In this document: positions 13,394-27,677 of the stretch, piece by piece
Position numbering within the stretch: position 1 is the stretch's first letter
Layout of the letters: every line of letters starts with the position of its first letter
The notes under the pieces: model-generated
Databases searched by the model: none
What the model was told of the DNA's origin: nothing
The model's input: the letters and a program-made list of their open reading frames with translations, nothing else
Program-made: the position numbers and the translations under genes
Assembly (NCBI GenBank): GCA_000934665.2
Contig: KZ538006.1
Location: forward strand, 248,001-312,000
Reading direction: 5' to 3'
Source of the DNA: Catajapyx aquilonaris
Taxonomy: Eukaryota
DNA length: 64,000 bases

Positions 13394-14106
13394 TTAATTC
13401 CTCCTCCGCCTGACCCTGGATATTCTCCAGGCATTGGGCTCTTCATACTTGTTGTACAGCGGCTCCAGCCTCTGGTTCTTCTGGAATTTGCTGAGCTTAG
13501 TTGGATCGGAGAAGCGGAAGAAGGCAGGCGCAAACTCTACCAGCCCTTTGGGGTCAATGGTTGTCACCTCCCGCATGTACTCCTTAGTGGTCAGCACAAG
13601 CTCATGGTACACCACCCACTCCGACTGGCGGTTGAACAGTGCTGAGGACGGATGAATGTACACCACCTGAAAAGATCAGCAGGGATTTAAAATCCATGTT
13701 CACGATCAGCAAATGTACAAAATGATCGAAAGTACCATACCTGCGAGTCCACAAGTGTCCTGTACCCTTCCTGCGGATCTTTCTTGGCAGCGTTTCAGAA
13801 GAACCCTGAGCAGACCACCTTTTGAACACGTACAGTGTTCTTTCCGCATGACACTACATCTAGCTTGTGACGATCCATGATGCCCATCTCCCAGCAACTG
13901 CTTGCGAACATCCTGCGCCCTCTTCAAGGTCCGTATCTGAATGAAGTTCTCACTTCTCATAGCACCATGCATTTGAAAAATTGTTGTTTTTCCACGAGTT
14001 GTAAACGGCCAACAAAGTGAGATGGTCCCCCTCAGGTTGGTTGAACTTTGCCTTCTTCTGGTCGGCCAGAGCCTGCTTGTCCTTTGGACGGTAGAACACA
14101 TTCTGG
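13394..14106 (-). pseudogene. Truncated unprocessed DHX8/Prp22 pseudogene (last exon, last intron, part of penultimate exon)
   Basis: Copy of 17400-18098 with CGA>TGA at 13797-13795, two 7 nt insertions (~13886 and ~13953), W>G, P>S and K>Q changes in the last exon, and no 5' part. Confidence 0.93.
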
Positions 14107-14542
14107 GCAACATTCAAATTTTTTATAGTTAAACAATATTATTGTTTAAGTGTAAATAATAAAATAACAGACTTGAATGGTGCCCACAATTGTACTGTAT
14201 ACAAGTGGGAGGTTAAAAAGTACCTGAACCCTGTACATTATTATAATATTAATGGATGGTCCTTAAGATTATTCAACATATTTGTGTAAATTTAATTTGA
14301 GAATATATTACTATTACTAGAAATTGCATAAGCAGTAATATGCACTGTACGGTATAGCCTACTACTTTGTAAAAAAAATTAAACTGAGATTCATTAAACA
14401 TCATACCTTCATGATGATCATCTATACTTCCATATCTACATATGCACATTTTGATCATATGTCATTTTTCATTCTGGTTACTTCATCACAGGCGATTTTT
14501 ATTATGCAATACGGTGCAATGCATGATTGGATATTGCTAAAG

Positions 14543-14570
14543 GGGGATTTCCCGTGGAGTGGGGATTCCC
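14543..14570. promoter_or_regulatory. Pair of NF-kB/Rel-type sites upstream of copy 3
   Basis: GGGGATTTCC (14543-14552) and GGGGATTCCC (14561-14570), identical to the copy 2 pair; GATA motif (cttatc) near 14788. Confidence 0.55.
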
Positions 14571-14902
14571 CCTTCAGCTTTGGAAGGTAAATTTTAGCAG
14601 TAATTGGGATTACTTAATTCATTTTAACGTGGCTTAAATAGCAAGTGTGGGAAAAGGCTATAGGCCTACGTGACAATATCCCGAGGGCCAAACACTTTTT
14701 TTTGGGGCAGATTTTTTGCCATACATGACGCATCTCAGCGACTGGTGTCAACAATTTTCCAGGGTGTGTCGGATGTCAAGCTTTGTTCTTATCAGCAGCA
14801 AGAGGGGAAAAACATGCTCATGCAGTAGGCAGGCAGCTTGAAACAGTAGCAGCAGTGCCTTCCTCGCAACAGCATAAAAGGTTCTTGGATAGAATTAGCA
14901 TC

Positions 14903-16463
14903 ATGATGAAGATCCTTGTGATATGCAGTGTCCTGTTGTGTGCAAGTGAGTATTTTGCTAATTACTTTTTACGGCTTCCTTACATCCTTACGACTATCAA
15001 GTAGACAGGCAATATTAGCAATTTTATTTGCTAATATCGTACTTTGGCTTTATTAAAACAGTAGTTGTCTTCAGAGTGTGATTTGCAATTATTTTCAGCA
15101 GCCAGCTCAGCCCTGAAGATTCCCATGCTGAAGATTCCCATGCCGAAGATTCCGAAATGGATACCGAGCCTCCGCCAGCAGACCTCTCAGCTTTGGGACC
15201 CACGTGTCACCCTGGTACAGCAATACAAGTAAGTCGGGATTTCATGCCTGTCGAATTTCATTTTTCCAATAAAAATTGCCCCTCTTTGAAATCCATTGAT
15301 TTAAGATTTTAAGGCATCAGGTAATGAAAACTTGCATCTAATTTGAACTAATGAGATCGAGGGGTTATTCACTAAGGGTAGTCCATGTATACTTTCATAG
15401 GTAGTCCGGGGTAGTCCATGTAAGCAAAAAGTGTAATAAGTGAATAACCCCTCGAACGAGATAGGGAAAGAACAGGTATGAGTTGCACATGTAATGAATA
15501 AGAATAATAAGTAATCAGTTTGCATATTCTTCACCATCAGGATTTCTCCACATATGTTGGCCTCTATGGATGAAGCTGTGAAGAGCGATTACATTCCTCG
15601 ACACATCAAACCCTTGACCAAAGACATGATCACGCGGTTCACGCGGTTCACGCCACAGGTTCGGAATGAAAGCCATGTGAGTTCACTTTCATATGCAAGT
15701 ATTTTGTCTCTTTAGAAAGTTTTCAGTCAAACTTCATTGCCACATTTTTACTTAGCACTTTGTAGCCGAGCACTGTGTGAACTGGTGCTGAAAATGAAGA
15801 TTATTCCCAAAAAATTGACATGAACAATGTACGTACTTAGAACTAGTGTATACTTTTTCTTATAATTTGGGAAGGTGGAATAATTGCACAGCCATAATGT
15901 TTCTTCCCACCCATACCAGCCCAGGTTTTTCTTTCTTCTCTTGTCTGGATAAGCAGGTTAGCTAACCCAAAGCATGTGCAATCAGTAAACTCCACCACAA
16001 AGCTGTTACTATGCCGAAACAAGTAGGATTGAGGAATTTGTGACATTTGACACTGCTGTGATGAACTCATGCAGGATATGTTACTGCAACTCAGCCACTA
16101 GTGCCCTCCCACTCATTTTCCAGGATGACGAATTCATTATCTCCCTCAATCTTGTGTGGCTCGTGGACACTCTTCCTATCCATTGCCATGTCCATTAAAT
16201 TCCGCACCACACGCGTTTATGATTTTTTCTGGTAGTATGATATGGGCCGATGATTGCTTCTTAACATGTGTTGGCAATTTGCAAGTTCGTATCGGGCAGA
16301 GTAAACCCAAAATGTGGTCATGAAAGCAATGCCGTATCGCGTAACAGGTTCTTGTTCTTTCCAGGAATTACGTGGTGTGGCTTATGGAGGAGCAGCAGCT
16401 TCACCCATGTCATTGATGCTCATCTTGCCACTGGCTCTGATGCTGCTCTGGCGAAATCTGTAG
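14903..16463 (+). CDS. Unrecognised small secreted, probably GPI-anchored protein, tandem copy 3 (~135 aa, Cys-free mature region)
   Basis: Exons 14903-14945, 15099-15228, 15541-15676, 16365-16463; +30 nt and +18 nt in-frame repeat expansions relative to copies 1 and 2; AATAAA at ~16683. Confidence 0.7.
15357..15455. mobile_element. MITE-like element with perfect 17 bp TIRs in intron 2 of copy 3
   Basis: tcgaggggttattcact ... agtgaataacccctcga. Confidence 0.6.
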
Positions 16464-17399
16464 CACTAAAGATGCGTTCATTGCAAGAGTGATTCAAGAT
16501 GCCATGTTATGAATATTCAGAAGGCAAGATTTTGCAGTGTTCAGTTTATCCAGTTCAAATACATGTTGACGGAAGTCATACACATGCTCACTTTCCCTGA
16601 TCTTCAAGTGCAGGAGTGTAAGGTAAGATATTGCAGCCTACTTGTGAGACAGGGTACATATGTATACTCGGATTAAGTTCGTAATAAAAGCCTTACAATA
16701 TTTGCACTGCATTTTGTTACTACCTCATACCGATTTGATGTAATTGTGCTCATTTATTTTCCGAGCCTACGATGCTGTCCACTTGAGCATTAGTATTGCC
16801 TGGGTCTGGGTCAAGTTGTGAAGCTTGTGAATTTGAATTACAATTCAATGGCAAAACCACATTTAAAAAAGTTATTACTGACATCATTAGCTTTTATTCA
16901 TGTATATTTTAATGCTTCTTCATTAACCTACATGAACATTAACCATACTGTACACAGAAATCCTTCACTCCTTAACCATTACTTATCTGGAATATTTTCC
17001 AGAGTTTCGCACCTGAACAGTGGTGAGCTTCACCCATTTAATTTCATGATGACAAATGTAAACAGAAATTATGACATTTCATTGCATTTAAAACCGATGT
17101 AATGAACCCGAAATTATTTTTCACTCTCATGTTCAGGAGCTTATAAAGCTAAAGTACGTCCACTATGGATCTTAAACTTAAATCTTAAGACTCTAACTTC
17201 CACCAACACACACATTTGTCCACATATGATTAAATTATGCAGAGCTGATCGCATATTTTCATTCAGGAATCATTTTGAATGGTGTCCATGGATGTTAACC
17301 TTTTGAGGCAACCAAATCCTGAAGCACTGTCCTCATGTCAACACAACACAGTAAATACAGTACTGGCATTTTCTGAAATCCAGGATATCGAACCCTTCC

Positions 17400-22092
<4,693 letters not shown>

Positions 22093-22387
22093 GGCTGCTC
22101 AAAATAATTCAGAACCGATCAGAACAAAAATCAGCGACACAAAAACGTTCCATGAAACATTTCGGCCATGTTTGGGGTCGGATATAACACAGCCGCTACG
22201 TTGCAAGTTGCATCACTGTCAAGTAGCGGCTACTAACGGCTCAATACATCGCATATTAGCTACCGGTGGGATCCAATATGGCGTCGGAAAACATGGCGGC
22301 GTTGAACTGATCTTTTTATTTTCTTCTTCATCTTCTTCTTCTTCTTCTCCTTTTGTTGTCCACTTCCCAGAATATTATTGGAAGGGG
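22093..22387. promoter_or_regulatory. Probable bidirectional promoter and 5' UTR region shared by DHX8 and ICMT
   Basis: Divergent ATGs ~295 bp apart; CpG-rich; two YY1/Pho-like AAnATGGCG motifs (~22275 and ~22290). Confidence 0.65.
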
Positions 22388-23543
22388 ATGGCGGGGTGGC
22401 CCAGGTGGTGTCCTGCAGCCTCGCCGGAGGGTGGGTTGAGTCTGAGGTGCTTCCTGTGCGGGGTTTCGTCGGCTGGGTTGCTCCTGGCTGCCGGCGCTCT
22501 CGGTCCTTGGTTCGTGGATATGCTGACCTGCTGCAGCCCGTACCTGCTCGCGTTCCACTTGGCCTTCTTCAACGGGGCCATCTACGCGCTGTTGAAGGGG
22601 CATGACTATCAGGTACAGGCACACGGCTACACTGCATCAGGTGCACACGGCAACACTGCATCAATGTCATCACCTTTGTCTTGTTTTCCAGGTTGGTGTC
22701 CGAGCAGGCTTCCTGGGTTGGGCCTTTGCGCAGGGCCTGTACGTATCCTTCCTGGCGCCTGAGTCGTGGCGGCCGTTTGGTTACTACACGTGTGTGATGG
22801 CATTCTTCCACTACTCCGAGTACCTGACCACTGCGTTGATCAACCCCCATTCCCTGGCTCTTGACTCGTTTCTGCTCAACCACAGCCGAGAGTACTGCAT
22901 CGCTGCGGTTGCCAGTTGGTGCGAGTTTTGGCTCGAGAGGTGGCTCTATCCAGGTCAGAATAATTAGCCGTAAAGCCACCTATTGAGTAAAATCATACAG
23001 CGAAATTATACAAACCATGTTTTTTTTTTCAGGTATGAAAGAGCACTCGTATGTCAGTATCATAGGTGTGCTGATGTGCGTTGTTGGTGAATTTCTTCGC
23101 AAGTTGGCTATGCTTACGGCCAAGAGCAACTTCAACCATGTTATCCAGAGTGTTAGAGCGGATGGGCACACTCTTGTTACTCATGGAGTGTATGGGTATT
23201 TCCGGCACCCCAGTTATGTTGGCTGGTTCTACTGGTCCATTGGCACGCAGGTACTGTTGTTTTATGTGTTGAAGTTACATTTCTTCCTCCAGGAAACATG
23301 GTTTAATCTCACTGTCATATGCACTTTGATGATTAAAATAATTTCCTTTAAAATATTTAGGTAATCCTATGCAATCCGCTCTGTGTGGTGGCATACACAC
23401 TGGCCTCGTGGCAGTTCTTCCGGGAACGTATTCATGTGGAGGAAGTGACGCTTCTCAACTTCTTTGGTGACGAGTACTATTACTATCAGAAGAAAGTTGG
23501 CACTGGTTTGCCATTCATCCAAGGGTACCGAGTCGAGCTATGA
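22388..23543 (+). CDS. ICMT: Protein-S-isoprenylcysteine O-methyltransferase (Ste14)
   Basis: Exons 22388-22612, 22692-22953, 23033-23250, 23361-23543; FFHYSEY, SFLLNHS, LVTHGVYGYFRHPSYVGWFYW, RIHVEEVTLLNFFGDEY, TGLPFI. Confidence 0.95.
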
Positions 23544-25412
23544 CCTGTTGAAGCCCTCACCAAATTGTGTGCCAAAAGCCACTTCAAATGGGCATATGTT
23601 TTTGATGGTTGAGACATGTAATCAGAGTCAGAATATTACGACGCCTGAGTATCTCCTGAGTATCTTCTGAAGGAATATGGTGCAAGTTGCTGAATCGGGT
23701 ATGAGCACATGCAAGGGATGCTGGCACTTTGAAGTGGATTGTCCCACTTTGCCAAAGAAAGTATGTAATGTGTTGATGTGACACATACAATGTCAGAATG
23801 CCTCTAAACTAACCCAGATACCTTCTCAAAACAGACATTGTCAGTTGGCAAGATAATGTGGCCTGCCGCATCTGTTGCAACTTTCAGTATGGCAGCTGCA
23901 GTAGTTTAACTTGGAAAGTCAAATTGCACATGTGATTGTGTCTCGACGTGGAAGAATTCTATTGGCATTATCAATACCGAGAGAATTCCTTCAAGATGAT
24001 GTGCAATGAGATGAGCAATACGCATTTCTAAGTTGATGCACTGGACTTGTTAAACGCAATGTTTCAGCAGCTGTGGTCCACCAAAGGATTAACCAAGATT
24101 ATGTAATACTGTACTATTAGAAGCTCGACAAAATTTACAAGCATTACTGAAATTATTCCTGTTTATAATAATATCTGCATGATGTTACATTCTGAAAGAG
24201 TTTAGTGCCATAATTAACAGTAACATAGAAATTAATCAGCAGCAAGTCTGTAGCATATTTACATGATAATATGAAAACTGGGTGTGGTTGTGTATTTACT
24301 AAGGTATTAGTTCATCGACATGGTATTTCTCTCTTGGAATTACACTTGCCTGTAGAATCAGCGTAGGGGTGTTATTGTTAGTCACTCTTTAGGATGTTCA
24401 AGACATGCCAGTCTCTCTATTGATAAATGATGTAACTATTTTTAAACAGTGAAACTGCCACCAGAATTATCACAAGTAGACTTTAGAGAAGTCATGGATT
24501 GTGTAGAGTTTTCCATAACTAAGCTACTTAACTTTCAGAAGTGAAAATGTAATGTGAATTGACTGATCTTAACATGCCACATGAACAGCTTAAGTCAAGC
24601 TTACATTACCTTTATCTCCCATAAGTTTTCATACTAGGTTGTCATCCTTTTCAGCAGGTTCATTGTACGGTACATTATGCCTGTTTTCAGAGTAAGTGTT
24701 TGATGTTTTTGAGTTTGGCAGTGCCTGTAGTACACTCTGGATATGACCTCAGAAAATTACATTGAAGCATGTGATAAATGGTAATAATTTAAATATAACT
24801 GCAAAAGAAAAGGAAAATTAAATTATGTAAGTCATAATGTGTTTAAGCAAGTGTGTAAAGTAGTGTGTTGCGTAGGGGTAAAGGCAGGTGGAAGTACCTA
24901 GACAACTGATGCTGAAGCCGCAGCCTTCTGGAGCACCATAGGTCAAGCACCTGTAGATCTGAAGTGTTACCTTACTGTTATTCAGACCAATTGCAAGCCT
25001 CTACTGCATGTCACTAGGAATAACTACTGGATTAACATAGAATGTTGCTGGGATTGTGAATATACAGTATATTCTTTAGTATAGTTAATATGGTTTTTAT
25101 ATGGAAGCTGGTGTCATTATCTTTTTCGTGTTTGTAGGAATTTACTTTGCATATCAGAAAAATTAGTACCAGTGAAACTGTCTCGTAGGTTTACTGTCCA
25201 GTGGCAAACTTCAGACTTGTGTAAGCTGTGAAAGTAATATTTATGGCAGAATTTTTAAACTTATCGTATTGCATTAGTCATGCCGTAAATCTTTGTTCAT
25301 GTTTTGGTTTTTGGTTTTTAATAATAATTATGATAAATATTGGTAGCTTGTCTCTGTTACAGCCTATTTTTAATGAATTGTTGTAGTTTAATTACATAAA
25401 AACCAAATTTAA

Positions 25413-25413
<1 letters not shown>

Positions 25414-25485
<72 letters not shown>
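25414..25485. repeat. (TTA)n microsatellite, ~24 units
   Basis: Perfect trinucleotide run. Confidence 0.97.
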
Positions 25486-25488
<3 letters not shown>

Positions 25489-26108
25489 TTTTAAAATAGT
25501 GATAGTCCAATTAATATGGCTAGTGAATTTTGGAGAAAATAATAAAGGCTGACTTAGGAGAAGCATACATCAATATCCACTGGTGGCGTATCTCCTGTGC
25601 CATTTGTTGGTGGACCCTCAGTGCCAAAAAGAATGTTTTTATTCAAAATGTCTTCCTAGAATGTTTGTTTCCTCTGTAAACTTTCCTAATGTAACTATTT
25701 TTAAATATTGTGAATAATAGTTGAGATATACGGTTGATTGGGTCATGCTTGTGAAAATAATGAAGAAATAAATGTTATACTGTTGTTACTACTAGTGTTA
25801 TTTTCACTCCTTGAAAGATTTCCGCTTCTCAGACATTGCCACTGTTATTATTGTGGCATGATGAGAGTTGTGTGAATCTTCAAACCCCGTGATGCTGATA
25901 CTACCTTTGTATCACCTTGACACCTGTGAATACAGGGGTACACATCATTAGCCTAGAAAATAACGGAAATGGTACTGTTTTGTAGTGAGACCATAAGGTG
26001 GAAGTGTGTCAGGTCAATTTCATCTCATTCCTCTAAAACTGTGTGTGCTACCTCTGTCAAACTTTATGAAGATTCATACCTGCAATTTGTTGGGGGGGGG
26101 GGGGGGCC

Positions 26109-26109
26109 N
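26109..26109. other. Ambiguous base or assembly gap (N) after a poly-G run
   Basis: Literal n in the sequence. Confidence 0.95.
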
Positions 26110-27677
26110 AGTGTTGCATGAGGGTTCAACCTAAATTTTTAACAAGCTTTTTCAGTAGTATTTATTGCTACAATGACCCTAAACGGTTCTCCTCCATGCT
26201 TGTGGAGTGTACGGAAAATACTGTGCCTTACTTTCAACTCGTTAATCAATCACCTTGCTGCTTATCAATAGAGGAGAGGTATTTGAGTACGTCACAAGGC
26301 AATGTGTGGGTGTGTAAAGGCCTTGAGGGACACTTTTATTTTCAACCACTCTTCCTCATTCCAGTGTACTATGTTCGGCTCTGTCCGGTTACATTGAGCA
26401 ATTCGAGTTATTTACAATTCCTGCCACTTCAGGTCTAATGGCACGTGGTACAGTATGTGGGGTGTTCCTAGGGCGTGAAATTGTGTGCTAACCGTTCCGG
26501 TTTTTGATGTGTGACAGCCTTCAAGCTCCAATAACCAGCTACTGCTTCACCCCCCACACCCTGGTCATCTACCCAATGGTGCGTGCTTTGCTCCGGTCTG
26601 TGTTCTCATTTCTACAGGAGCCCCCTTTGGCTCAGCGCAAACTTACATACCGGCCACCCTCCTTGTCACATTTGCTCATCACAGAGGGATGGGTGAAAGG
26701 CAAAGGCAAGGCAAAGGCAGTTGGGCCAGTTTTCCTTTTCTGATCGCCCCACACCTTCACACTGCAACACCCACACCTCTTGTACTTGTCTAAAAAGTGT
26801 GCCGCATGTTGGCCAAATAGGCTTTGGAAATACCTTGTAGTTTTTTTCTGTGCCGTATCAAACTTGCCTGATTTAAATAAGTGCAGCTTAGACCGGCTGG
26901 GGTCTGACCTCCAATTGGCACTGGCATTTACCATGGGAGGTTTATGCTTTATTGCCTGACCTCTCACTTCAGAGTACCTTTCTATGTACCCTCATTCTTG
27001 ATTCCAAGTGGAGGGCGTCAGTCAGCCAAGTAGGTAGAAGAAGTATGCGGCTTTTATTTTTTTTTTCATTAACCCACTTTTTTTCAGATTGGGGGGGTCC
27101 AACCTTGTTTTGGAAATTTGCACGGCATTTGCATTCACCAAATTTTTATAGGCAAATTGTGGCACAGATTTAATATCAATTTACACTGCAAAAATCCAAC
27201 AATGTCTGGGTTTCACCTCTGAAGTGAAAGCCAATTCGATTTCCTTCAGTGAAAGTAGGGCAGAAAGTGTAAGGTTTTTGGGAGGGAGAGAAGGTGGGTG
27301 TTGGGCAGGATTTGGTCATCGGGAAAAACATCCAAACACCAAATGTTATGCTCTTATTTTTTTTTATAGGAAATTGTCTGTACAAGTAAATAGACTTCAC
27401 GGTGGCCGACTTGTAGTGTCCAGCAACCTAACTGTCTCCGGAGGAAAAAAAAAAAAACCACACACTTAAAAAAAATATTCTCATTCCAGTACAAACCATT
27501 CCAATTAACATACTTGTGGAATCAAATCAACATGAGGGACACACTCACATTAAAAACTAGGGGATGACAGTCTGTGTACATATTAAGGTCACAACCTTAA
27601 TCACACTCCTTTTTTTTACTCCTCACAACAATTGGGCTTATTTTGTAATTTTTTAAAAGATTCATCCAGCTTCATTG

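Larger units (their letters stand above)
10679..14106. repeat. Tandem segmental duplication, unit A (homologous to 14538-18098)
   Basis: Continuous colinear similarity from taaagggggattt to cacattctgg, covering promoter, small gene, DHX8 3' UTR, last exon and part of the penultimate exon. A third, shorter copy lies at ~6440-8790. Confidence 0.95.

Noticed and set aside
25857..25900. ATGATGA...CTGA as a C/D box snoRNA
   Set aside because: Too short, with no terminal stem or recognisable guide sequence.
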